Below, one piece after another: positions 1 through 7,903 of a DNA stretch of 53,073 nucleotides; position 1 is the stretch's first letter; each line of letters begins with the position of its first letter. Origin of the DNA: Chloracidobacterium sp. (GTDB taxonomy: Bacteria; Acidobacteriota; Blastocatellia; Pyrinomonadales; Pyrinomonadaceae); assembly GCA_043739565.1 (NCBI GenBank), contig JAYUDV010000328.1:1-53073 (forward strand), given 5' to 3'. The notes beneath the pieces are model-generated. The model was given only the letters and a program-made list of their open reading frames with translations, did no database searches and was not told the DNA's origin. A program made the translations under genes and the position numbers.

Positions 1-670
1 CATTCAGGGATCGATATGACGTGTGCGTGATCGAATTCTGGTAACAATACTCAGCGAGCTTCGATTTCGCAAAAATAAAATTCGCCGACTGGGCGGCAAA
101 ACGGTCGGACATTCCGTCACCGACAAAAATTGTGTTTGCCGAAAAAGGATTGTGCAATTGCATGACCGCCGGTTTACACGTCGCGCAGCCATCAACACAA
201 ACCTCATCAAAATGAGGAAATGTCGTAGCCCATTGATTCTCACCCAGAGAGATCAAGGAATTGGCCGAGACAGTGATTCGCTCCATTTCAAAAGGGTCCG
301 TCAAATATCTATCGAGCATCCGGCCAATATACTCCTCAAAACCGTCGCTAATAATATGAACATTCAAATCCATTTCGCGACAAAAATTAAGTACCGATTG
401 AAACCCCTCATCAATATTTAGTGTGTCAACGAACTCAAATAGTTGTTCGGACGATGCCTGCACATACGAAAACTGTTTTCTAAGGCATTCGCGCGATCCG
501 ATCTTTCCCTCGATCCATTCATTTTCAGTTTCAAGCCAACGCGAATCGGCAAATTTTTCCAAAATCGCGTCAATCACGTCGACCTCAGAGATCGTGCCGT
601 CAAAATCCATAAACAACTTAGGCTTAACGGATTCCGTAAATAAATTGGTTAAATTAGAGTCAGTATTCAT
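1..670 (-). CDS. HAD-superfamily phosphatase (MtnX / phosphoserine-phosphatase-like); 3' end lies beyond the left window edge
   Basis: Absent from the ORF track because no stop codon lies inside the window. Hand translation from the ATG at 670-668 (minus) gives MNTDSNLTNLFTESVKPKLFMDFDGTISEVDVIDAILEKF...NVHIISDGFEEYI...IFVGDGMSDRFAAQSANFIFAK. HAD motif I (DxDGT) and motif IV (GDGxxD) are both present. Confidence 0.7.
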   Translation of the reverse strand, partial: MNTDSNLTNLFTESVKPKLFMDFDGTISEVDVIDAILEKFADSRWLETENEWIEGKIGSRECLRKQFSYVQASSEQLFEFVDTLNIDEGFQSVLNFCREMDLNVHIISDGFEEYIGRMLDRYLTDPFEMERITVSANSLISLGENQWATTFPHFDEVCVDGCATCKPAVMQLHNPFSANTIFVGDGMSDRFAAQSANFIFAKSKLAEYCYQNSITHTSYRSLN

Positions 671-718
671 ATTCGCTGTTTGTCGCCGCTTCGAACAAAA
701 AATCGTTCTCGATGCAGC

Positions 719-1432
719 TTAATTTTCCTCGTTTGAAAGCTCCTTCAATGAAACAATCCGCAGATTTCTTGACAAAATCCCCTCAATGATCAATGGCAAT
801 GCACGAGCCGTTTCAATACGCCGATTCTTGAGCGTATCATCGCCGTCATGAAGCAAAACGATCGACCCTGCTTCGAGATCGCTCAAAACATTCGCGGCGA
901 TCTTTGGTGCGGTAATTGGTTTCCAATCAAAACCCGCGACGCTCCACTGCACGGTTTTTAGGCCCAGCCGTCGCGCAGCCGCGAAGTACGCGGGCGTTCG
1001 CACGCCGCATGGCGGTCGCGCGATCGCGGGTGTGACACCAGTAATCGCACTTATTATATTTTGCGTAGTTTCCATTTCGCGTCTGGTCGATACGGGTCTT
1101 TGGTATAAGAAAATTGAATGTGAAAGCGAATGATTACCGATTTCATGGCCTTCGGCAAGGACCCGCCGGGCAGTATCCGGAAATTTTTCCACCTGTCTGC
1201 CGACCATAAAAAATGCTGCCTTTACTTTATATTCCTTCAAGACATCAAGAATCGCATCGGTGTCTTCGCTCGGGCCGTCGTCAAAAGTCAGGACGACCGC
1301 GTTGGTGTCGGTTTTCCCGTGCCAAATAGTTTCTCCCAAAACCTGAGATCGTACGGAATACGTCGCATAATACCCGCCCGCCAATCCGGCGGCGGCGGCT
1401 GTTACAGTGATAATTGCCAAAGCGTCAAGCAT
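719..1432 (-). CDS. Polysaccharide deacetylase (NodB homology domain) with N-terminal membrane anchor
   Basis: NodB motifs LTFDDGP and HSLSH. I prefer the internal ATG at 1432 (MLDALAIITVTAAAAGLAGG) because the ORF-track start at 1528 would overlap the upstream gene by 85 nt. Confidence 0.8.
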   Translation of the reverse strand: MLDALAIITVTAAAAGLAGGYYATYSVRSQVLGETIWHGKTDTNAVVLTFDDGPSEDTDAILDVLKEYKVKAAFFMVGRQVEKFPDTARRVLAEGHEIGNHSLSHSIFLYQRPVSTRREMETTQNIISAITGVTPAIARPPCGVRTPAYFAAARRLGLKTVQWSVAGFDWKPITAPKIAANVLSDLEAGSIVLLHDGDDTLKNRRIETARALPLIIEGILSRNLRIVSLKELSNEEN

Positions 1433-1443
1433 ATTCCTCGCTA

Positions 1444-3840
1444 TTAAAAGCCACTCCGGAGGCCAGTGCGCCGGGCTAAATCTCCAATGTTGGACGGTAA
1501 ATTTCCCTTCATTGCATAGTCTCGGCAATCTGCCTTATCGAGCCATTGTGCCACACGTTGAGCCGCATTGGACGGTCTCCTCTCGCGTTCCTTCTTACGC
1601 ATCCCCTCAAGTTTCTCCGGATGTTTCAGCAAATCCGCGACCGTTATGGTCATTTCATCCATTGTCCGAACGGCCCGTCCTACTCCCCATTCGTCGAGAA
1701 GCCGGTGTTGCACCCGTTCCGCACCGGGCGGCGGGTTCAAAGCGACCATTGGCAGTTCCGAGACGATCGCTTCGTAGAACATACTACCAAGTTTCGAAAC
1801 CATCAGATCGGCCGCGCTCATCAACTGCGGCATTTCCTCCGGCGCCGTCCAACCTAATACTCTCAATCGGTTGCGTCGCGATTCATCTGCAAGCGCTTCG
1901 CAACGTAATTTCAAACGCTCATTGCGACCGGTCAGCACGACAATTTGCGGGCTGGGAGAAGATAGGCTTAACAATCTTGCGGTCGTTTCTTCGATTGATC
2001 CAATCCCCTCACTTCCGCCAGCGATCAAAACGAGGTGTTTTTCCGAATCGAGGCCGAGCCGGTCGCACACCGCCAACCGTTCCAATCCACGGTCCCGCAA
2101 TCTTTCGAATCCGATTGACAGCGTCGACCCCCAGATCTCGACTCGTTCTCGAGGAGCTCCGTTCGATATGAAGGATTCGCCGCATTCGTCGCTCACGCAA
2201 CTGTAAACATCAACCTCCGGCTGAACCCATGCGCGGTCGGCGTCCATCTCGCCGTTGACAGCTACGAGCGGCACATCAAGCCTCAGGTCGCGTTTGATCA
2301 GAGCCGCGATCTCGCAGCAGCCCACCTCGGTCGCAACAAGAGCGCTCGGGCGAACCTCGCATGCCAGAGCAAACAACCGGCGGCATCCACGCCGATAAAA
2401 CCATTCCGGGCTTGTTCCTGCTTGCTTTTTCTGGAAACGGTCGATGTATGCCCAAACATTCGGCAGATTTTTGATAAGCCACAAATAGGCCGTAAGGTGT
2501 GTGAATCGGGCAAGCGGCGACATGTAATCGGCGACATCAATAATTTCCACGGACGTAAATGGCTGTTCGATACGGATCGCGGACGCAAGAGATTCGGCCA
2601 ATCGAATATGCCCGTAACCATTCGAAATAGTCAGGATCATTACGGGCCTGCTATTTTTGTTCGCCGCCTGGCCGGCCGGCATTTTGACTTCATTTGGATA
2701 TTCCAGTCTTGACGCGAGTCTGTTAACCGCAAGATCTACGATGTCCTCCGTTGCTTTTGGCAAGGCTAATTTTGCGGCACTTTCAGCCATCAAGTCACGT
2801 TTTTGCTTATCGGATAAAATATCCAGAGAGACACGAGCGGTCTCGCCTGAGTCTGAAGTCATCACGGCCGCCCCCGCACTGGTGAAATACAAGGCATTCG
2901 CGTTTTCAGGCCCAGGAATCGAATCAAATAGCACAAGCGGCACTCCGCAGGCCGCCGATTCCGCGAGAGTCAGCCCACCCGATTTGGTTATTAAAAGGTC
3001 GGCCACCCGCATCAAACGGGCAACCTCGCCGGTCCATTGCACAATATGCAGACTCGTGTTTTCGCCGTTTATTAACTTTCCGAGCTTACGGCCCATTTTT
3101 TTGTCACGCCCCGGGAGAGCGACAATCTGCAAATGCTCATTGCTGTCCAGAAGTTTAGCGGCAACCGTGTCCATCCGGGTCGGCCCCATGCCGCCGCCCA
3201 TTATCAGAACAATTGGACAGTTATCAAGCCCAAATAACTGATGTGTTTCTCCATTGTCGTATTTGATGGCAAAACTATGATCGATCGGTATCCCGCACAC
3301 CTGGATCGTTTCGGCGGGTGCCCCCCATTTTTCCAATTGGTGGCCAACGGATGCATGCGCCACAGCAAAGACGCTGGCCTCCGGCGTGACCCAGATCGGT
3401 TCAGCTTCAAAGTCAGTGATCACGTTTATGATCTCAGCATCGGTTAAATTTGTCCGTCGGGCGATTATCGCGAGTTCCGAGGCTCCGACCTCGCAGCAAA
3501 CGATCATGTCAGGCTGAAATGTTTTGATCTCGGCAAAAACTCGCTCGCATCCCCATAGCCATGCCCAAACGGGAGCAGTTTGCAGATCATTGCGTTTGAC
3601 CCGGGACGCAAAAAACCTGCCCCAGAGACCGGGTGTAAAACGGATCATAAACCAGTATGTCCAGAGATAAAACACACGAAATAGAAAGCGGCAATTTTCG
3701 AGAGCATCGACGATTCGTATTTTCGCTTCGGGCTTTCGGCGGGCAAATTCCGCACCGATAGCTTCAGCCGCACGAACATGGCCGGCGCCAAATGAAAGCG
3801 TTAATATCAAAATTCGCTCGTCTCTCAGTTTTCCCTCCAT
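1444..3840 (-). CDS. Tandem-fused double GT28 / MGDG-synthase-like glycosyltransferase (two complete modules in one 798-aa protein)
   Basis: Two internally repeated halves. Each opens with the MGDG-synthase/UgtP-type N-terminal motif (ILILTLSFGAGHVRAAEAI and VMILTISNGYGHIRLAESL). Each ends with a GT28 C-terminal module (GGGMGP...LITKSGGLTLAESAACGVPLV and AGGSEGIG...MVSKLGSMFYEAIVSELPMV). Confidence 0.75.
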   Translation of the reverse strand: MEGKLRDERILILTLSFGAGHVRAAEAIGAEFARRKPEAKIRIVDALENCRFLFRVFYLWTYWFMIRFTPGLWGRFFASRVKRNDLQTAPVWAWLWGCERVFAEIKTFQPDMIVCCEVGASELAIIARRTNLTDAEIINVITDFEAEPIWVTPEASVFAVAHASVGHQLEKWGAPAETIQVCGIPIDHSFAIKYDNGETHQLFGLDNCPIVLIMGGGMGPTRMDTVAAKLLDSNEHLQIVALPGRDKKMGRKLGKLINGENTSLHIVQWTGEVARLMRVADLLITKSGGLTLAESAACGVPLVLFDSIPGPENANALYFTSAGAAVMTSDSGETARVSLDILSDKQKRDLMAESAAKLALPKATEDIVDLAVNRLASRLEYPNEVKMPAGQAANKNSRPVMILTISNGYGHIRLAESLASAIRIEQPFTSVEIIDVADYMSPLARFTHLTAYLWLIKNLPNVWAYIDRFQKKQAGTSPEWFYRRGCRRLFALACEVRPSALVATEVGCCEIAALIKRDLRLDVPLVAVNGEMDADRAWVQPEVDVYSCVSDECGESFISNGAPRERVEIWGSTLSIGFERLRDRGLERLAVCDRLGLDSEKHLVLIAGGSEGIGSIEETTARLLSLSSPSPQIVVLTGRNERLKLRCEALADESRRNRLRVLGWTAPEEMPQLMSAADLMVSKLGSMFYEAIVSELPMVALNPPPGAERVQHRLLDEWGVGRAVRTMDEMTITVADLLKHPEKLEGMRKKERERRPSNAAQRVAQWLDKADCRDYAMKGNLPSNIGDLARRTGLRSGF

Positions 3841-4589
3841 TTCATTTGAGAAAAGCCGGCTAGCAGAGTAACTACCGCCATAATTGTTAAAATCATTAGC
3901 TCACTCCAAATAACTGAGTTTCCTGCCAAAACTTTGTTGATGGCCTCAAAAATATATGTCGTAGGCAATATCTTTCCCAGCCATTGCAGAGCAATCGGAA
4001 GCGTTTCCGACGGATAATAGATCGGTGCGAGCAATACTAGTCCGGCCCCGAGCGCGTCTGTCATCAGCGACCCTTCGCTAAAACTACGAACCCGAGCGGC
4101 AATTATGAGGCTGATCCCGCACAAGGAAATAAGCGACAAAAAGACCACGACTGCAAGCAAAAGCATCCCATCGATACCGCTGAATTGCGTCGTTACCCCG
4201 AGAAGCCAGGCACCCGCGAGCATCGAAATGGTTGCGATCGCTCCCTGTGCGAGAGCAAATATCAGTACGCCGAAAACATATGCGGAAACGGTGACCGGCA
4301 TCGTGGCGAATAATTTCAAACGTCCCGTGAAACGATTTTCAAGCAGCAAATAACCAAACCAGCTAATTGCGGTCAATGACAGCGAAAAAACCAGCGACGC
4401 GGCCAGAAAATGAAGTTTGGCGGAATTTGGCAATTCCATACCTATGTTCTTTGCAACCACGCCGTTTGCAAAGAGGTACATTCCGATCGGAAAAACGATC
4501 GCGGCCAGCAGAAACGGCCCCGACTCGGCGCGTAATCGAGCCAGATGGATCTGGAAAACGCAAAAGATGTCAGAGAGCACCTTTTTCAT
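3825..4589 (-). CDS. ABC-2 type transporter permease
   Basis: Multi-pass hydrophobic 254-aa protein. Its start overlaps the stop of the upstream ATPase gene by 4 nt (ATGA), the usual DrrA/DrrB-like pairing. Confidence 0.75.
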   Translation of the reverse strand: MKKVLSDIFCVFQIHLARLRAESGPFLLAAIVFPIGMYLFANGVVAKNIGMELPNSAKLHFLAASLVFSLSLTAISWFGYLLLENRFTGRLKLFATMPVTVSAYVFGVLIFALAQGAIATISMLAGAWLLGVTTQFSGIDGMLLLAVVVFLSLISLCGISLIIAARVRSFSEGSLMTDALGAGLVLLAPIYYPSETLPIALQWLGKILPTTYIFEAINKVLAGNSVIWSELMILTIMAVVTLLAGFSQMKWREN

Positions 4590-5503
4590 TTTTTGAGACT
4601 TTCTCCTTCGCCGTTTCCGTTCAAATCTTGACCCACAAGCGAAAAATAAACGTCCTCGAGAGTCGAGGTCGCGATCTGATACTCCGTCGGCTCCCTTAGT
4701 TTAATAAAGTTTTCAACCTCGCCAAATGTGTCAAAAAATAAGGTTTGCGGCATCTCCGCAGTTTCCTGGCCAAACGTGTAATGTATTCGATACCGCGAAG
4801 GGAACATTGCGCGTAGCTCCGCAACGGTACCCGACGCTACGATCTGCCCGTTGTTTATGAATGCAACGCGATCACATAGCCGCTCGGCCTCTTCCATATA
4901 ATGCGTCGAGACTATCACCGTCGCCCCCTCGTCATTTACCTTCTTGAGAACATTCCACACCAGACGACGCGATGCAGGGTCAAGTCCGCTCGTAGGCTCA
5001 TCCAAAACAAGTAACGGCGGATTTCCCAATAAGGCCAGCCCGATCAATATCCGCCGCCGCTGTCCACCCGAGAGTTGGCCGACGAGTTTGCGCGTTTCAT
5101 TTTTAAGGTCCAGCGCTTTCAGAAGCTCGGCCGTTTGAAGCTGGGACTCAGCCTTACTCAGTCCCTTGAGTTTTCCGAACAGCTCCAAATGCTGTTTTAC
5201 GGTCAAAGTCTCGAAAAAACCCGATTCCTGCGGCGAGATGCCCATCAACAATTTCGCCTTTTGCGGCTCGTTTATCACATCCACGCCGAAAACTTCGATC
5301 TTGCCGGAGGTCGGCTTCAATTCCGTTGTCAATTGCCGCAAAAATGTTGTTTTACCAGCGCCATTTGGCCCCAGGATAGCAATCACCTCGCCCTTTTGCG
5401 CGATAAAATCGATACCCCGATTGGCCTCGGTGCCTTTTTTGTAACGCTTGACGAGATTCGTCACGCTTACCGCAATCTCGGTGGCCTGCCGCAAAGAGCA
5501 CAT
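4586..5503 (-). CDS. ABC transporter ATP-binding protein (DrrA-like)
   Basis: Walker A GPNGAGKTT, ABC signature LSGGQRRR, Walker B LLVLDEPTSGLD. Confidence 0.9.
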   Translation of the reverse strand: MCSLRQATEIAVSVTNLVKRYKKGTEANRGIDFIAQKGEVIAILGPNGAGKTTFLRQLTTELKPTSGKIEVFGVDVINEPQKAKLLMGISPQESGFFETLTVKQHLELFGKLKGLSKAESQLQTAELLKALDLKNETRKLVGQLSGGQRRRILIGLALLGNPPLLVLDEPTSGLDPASRRLVWNVLKKVNDEGATVIVSTHYMEEAERLCDRVAFINNGQIVASGTVAELRAMFPSRYRIHYTFGQETAEMPQTLFFDTFGEVENFIKLREPTEYQIATSTLEDVYFSLVGQDLNGNGEGESLKK

Positions 5504-5509
5504 AAGAAC

Positions 5510-6532
5510 TCAAATAAGCTGTAAAAACTCCATCGCGCTCCAAATCGCCGTCCAGGGATTATTTCTGTAAACGGAAACTTCGTATGGACATCCGATCTTG
5601 CAGCCTTTGCAAAAGTCCCACATGTCCGGTGACTGTTTGATGATCTCGCGAACCTCTGGCGACGCATAAATGTCCCGCAGGCTCATTTCCGGTGCTCCCC
5701 GATGTGTCGAAACAAAGGCGCACGGAAACTGGATCGAGCCGTCCGGCCGCATGTTTACCAGATGCGATGCCGAGCGGCACGGGAATTTTTTTGTAAAACC
5801 GCCGCCGCGATAGAATTTGTAATAATCGGTATAAAAACGAACACACTTGTATTCTTTTTTAAGCTTCATGACGTACGCTGCAACCTTGTCCAAACCTGCT
5901 TGTTCCATCTCGACATCTTCAGTTTTGAAAGTAGTCCGGACCACGTTATGTACGGCCTCGGTGTGGAGAAGAAAGCCGCGTTCCGTACAAAATTTCGCGA
6001 GAGCGGGCAGATCGTCCAGATTCGATTCGTCAACCGCCGCGTTTATCTGAACCAGATTGTGTTTGAGCTTATTGTCGCTAATGTAATCGAGTGCGGAAAG
6101 GATAGTTGGCAAACCGTCGATACCGCGCCGCTCATGAAATTTTTCACGGTCAAGAGTGTCTATCGAGACCTCCAATTGGTCAAGCTTTACACATGACTCG
6201 GCATATTTTTTTAGCGCCAAACCATTTGTCGGCATCGAGGTAAAAAAGCCCTTTTTTGATGCGTATTCGATATAGTCCGGCACATTCGGATTCATCAGAG
6301 GCTCGCCGCCGGACATGCTCCATGCAAACACGCCCATTTCCGCCGCTTCGTCCATCCGCTTGAAGACGCGGTCGCGGACCGCCCGGTCCTCCGGCTGCTG
6401 ATTTTGCCAGATGGCGCAATAGCCGCATTTCATGTTGCAGTGAAGCGTCGTTTCGAACATCACCATGAACGGTCGATTGAAACCGTGCCTAAGCTGTCGC
6501 AACGCATTTTTGAGCATTAACCTTTTATGCAT
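5510..6532 (-). CDS. Radical SAM enzyme with C-terminal SPASM/twitch-like cysteine cluster
   Basis: CNMKCGYCAIW (CxxxCxxC) near the N-terminus. C-terminal cysteines are FPCRSAS...QFPCAF...FCKGCKIGCPYE. An alternative start at the ATG at 6517 (MLKNALRQ) has an AAAGG Shine-Dalgarno-like motif 4 nt upstream. Confidence 0.85.
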   Translation of the reverse strand: MHKRLMLKNALRQLRHGFNRPFMVMFETTLHCNMKCGYCAIWQNQQPEDRAVRDRVFKRMDEAAEMGVFAWSMSGGEPLMNPNVPDYIEYASKKGFFTSMPTNGLALKKYAESCVKLDQLEVSIDTLDREKFHERRGIDGLPTILSALDYISDNKLKHNLVQINAAVDESNLDDLPALAKFCTERGFLLHTEAVHNVVRTTFKTEDVEMEQAGLDKVAAYVMKLKKEYKCVRFYTDYYKFYRGGGFTKKFPCRSASHLVNMRPDGSIQFPCAFVSTHRGAPEMSLRDIYASPEVREIIKQSPDMWDFCKGCKIGCPYEVSVYRNNPWTAIWSAMEFLQLI

Positions 6533-6585
6533 TTTCGTTGGTCAATTATACCGCCAATCAAGCCGTAATTTCCAGCAGTCTCCAT
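6517..6585 (-). CDS. Candidate 22-aa peptide ORF (METAGNYGLIGGIIDQRKCIKG) upstream of the radical SAM gene
   Basis: ATG at 6585, stop TAA at 6519-6517. The stop shares its last A with the alternative radical-SAM ATG at 6517 (TAATG coupling). There is no convincing Shine-Dalgarno and the ORF is very short, so it is only a candidate. Confidence 0.2.
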   Translation of the reverse strand: METAGNYGLIGGIIDQRKCIKG

Positions 6586-6592
6586 TTTCAAA

Positions 6593-7471
6593 TTATTGAT
6601 CCCTCTCGGTAAATTTAGTCGGCTTTTTGTCTTTTGGCGCTTCTTTTTTTGGTTTGTTGGTATTTCCCGGCAATGGCTTTGAAGCAGAATTCGAGTTCGA
6701 ATTCGAATTGATGTTCGCATTGGAATTTGCCGATTGGTTCGCATTTGCCTTGTTCGCGTCTTTTTTCGGAGCTACATAATCGAGCCGTTGGCGGCCGGCT
6801 TCTGCGTCTTCGAGCAGTCCCGCGGCTCGTTCGTTTGACGGATCAAGCTCGGCCGCCTTTTTTAGCGGCGCGATCGCTTCGCGGTATTGTGCGAGTTTGA
6901 TCAGAATGGCTCCGAGTTCGGTCTGATACTCGGTGTCGTCAGGTTTTAATTTTACCGCCTGCCTAAACTCTTTTTCCGCTTCGTCATCGAAATTGAGCTT
7001 ATTGTAGGTGCGCGCAAGGTTATAATGTGCGGTGTCGTCGTTCGGATTTGCGACAAGCCACTTTTTATAGGTCTCAACCGCTTTTTCAAACTCGCGAACC
7101 GATCTAGTTTTTGTGACGGCGTCTTTCTTTCCGTTTGTATTGGTCTCAGTCTCTGTGACCTCGCCGCTTTGCTGTATCTGCATGTCGAGCAGGGCGTAAG
7201 CGATCCCCAGTTTGAAATGCGGTTCGGGTAGATCCGGATTGAGCTTGACGCCCCGCTTGTAAGCCTCGATCGCCATTTCCGTCTGGTTTTCGTCCAGCAT
7301 CCGGTCGCCTACGGTAAGGGCTGTATTAGCGTCAAGGATACCGGCAAACGGCGATTCCGTAGCGGTATTGGCATTGGTGTTCCCTTCCGCCACGTTCGCA
7401 CTGTTACGCGAACAATCAACTCCCAATATTACAGAAATTGTGATAACGACAATTATTAATACTTGTTTCAT
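6593..7471 (-). CDS. TPR-repeat lipoprotein with low-complexity Asn/Ser/Ala and Lys/Pro-rich C-terminal tail
   Basis: Start at ATG 7471 gives MKQVLIIVVITISVILGVDC (lipoprotein-like signal with Cys) and avoids overlap with the HIT gene. TPR-like repeats (AIEAYKRGVKLNPD, AHYNLARTYNKLN, AEKEFRQAVKLKPDD). Tail is ANKANANQSANSNANINSNSNSNSASKPLPGNTNKPKKEAPKDKKPTK. Confidence 0.75.
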   Translation of the reverse strand: MKQVLIIVVITISVILGVDCSRNSANVAEGNTNANTATESPFAGILDANTALTVGDRMLDENQTEMAIEAYKRGVKLNPDLPEPHFKLGIAYALLDMQIQQSGEVTETETNTNGKKDAVTKTRSVREFEKAVETYKKWLVANPNDDTAHYNLARTYNKLNFDDEAEKEFRQAVKLKPDDTEYQTELGAILIKLAQYREAIAPLKKAAELDPSNERAAGLLEDAEAGRQRLDYVAPKKDANKANANQSANSNANINSNSNSNSASKPLPGNTNKPKKEAPKDKKPTKFTERDQ

Positions 7472-7508
7472 ACAACCTTTGGCACCTAAAGATCCGATTC
7501 GAACGACA

Positions 7509-7859
7509 CTAACCCGGCGGAAAAATAAACGACCGGCCCGCAAGCAGATGCAGGTGAAGATGAAATACCGTCTGGCCTCCGTCGGAATTGGTGTTGATCA
7601 CAATGCGGTACCCATTTTCGGCAAATCTTTTGTCACGAGCAATATTAGCGGCAGTTAAGAGCAAATGGCCGAGCGCGGCGGCTTGCCCCTCGTCTGTTTT
7701 ATCGAGCGAATCGACATGATCGCGCGGAATAATCAGAATATGTGTCGGCGCCTGCGGGCTTAGGTCGTTAAAGGCAACACAACGATCATCTTCAAAAACC
7801 AGCTCCGACGGAATTTGCCCGACGCCAATTTTACAAAAAATACAGTCTTCTACATTCAT
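7509..7859 (-). CDS. HIT-family (histidine triad) nucleotide-binding protein
   Basis: 116 aa. CIFCKI N-terminal motif and histidine triad HLHLHLL. Confidence 0.85.
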   Translation of the reverse strand: MNVEDCIFCKIGVGQIPSELVFEDDRCVAFNDLSPQAPTHILIIPRDHVDSLDKTDEGQAAALGHLLLTAANIARDKRFAENGYRIVINTNSDGGQTVFHLHLHLLAGRSFIFPPG

Positions 7860-7903
7860 AATCGAACGCCTTTATCAAAACATCGACGACCTTGGTTCAT
7901 TTA

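Noticed and set aside
23-722. Plus-strand ORFs 23-421, 423-722 and 443-643, and minus ORF 4-243.
   Set aside because: The region is fully explained by a minus-strand HAD phosphatase gene (1-670). The ORF track missed it because that gene has no stop codon inside the window.
1433-1528. N-terminal extensions implied by the ORF-track starts: deacetylase 1528, TPR lipoprotein 7543, CHAT 10677, S8 13564, PD40 lipoprotein 19310, LuxR 27916, DUF4199-like 28410, ArsR 31289, SnoaL lipoprotein 32883, ORF6N 36726, HigB-like 40625, ankyrin 41707.
   Set aside because: In each case an internal ATG gives a sensible signal peptide or family-typical N-terminus. It also removes an overlap with an upstream gene, terminator or repeat, or it is preceded by a better Shine-Dalgarno. 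The longest-ORF starts are often GTG/TTG inside neighbouring features.
1407-2171. 254-aa plus-strand ORF. Similar long ORFs occur at 8309-8956 (+), 29751-30203 (-), 36062-36571 (-), 39893-40561 (-), 43379-43915 (-), 47763-48254 (-) and 49212-49820 (-).
   Set aside because: All lie entirely antisense to, or out of frame within, genes with clear family signatures (GT28, murA, the PIN TA pair, phhA, hmgA, the TPR membrane protein, the phosphoesterase). Their translations are Arg/Pro/Ser-rich low-complexity sequences typical of shadow ORFs.
1-6532. Tunicamycin-like nucleoside antibiotic cluster (radical SAM, GT, deacetylase, phosphatase and ABC pair resemble tunB/D/E/G/I/J roles).
   Set aside because: The glycosyltransferase is clearly MGDG-synthase/GT28-like. 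No TunA/TunF-type epimerase/dehydratase, TunC acyltransferase or ACP is visible. The resemblance is only at the level of broad enzyme classes.
6517-6585. PqqA-like precursor (22 aa with Glu and Tyr, next to a SPASM radical SAM enzyme).
   Set aside because: No pqqB/C/D genes are present. The Glu-Tyr spacing differs from PqqA, and the surrounding genes point elsewhere. The ORF is kept only as a generic low-confidence precursor candidate.
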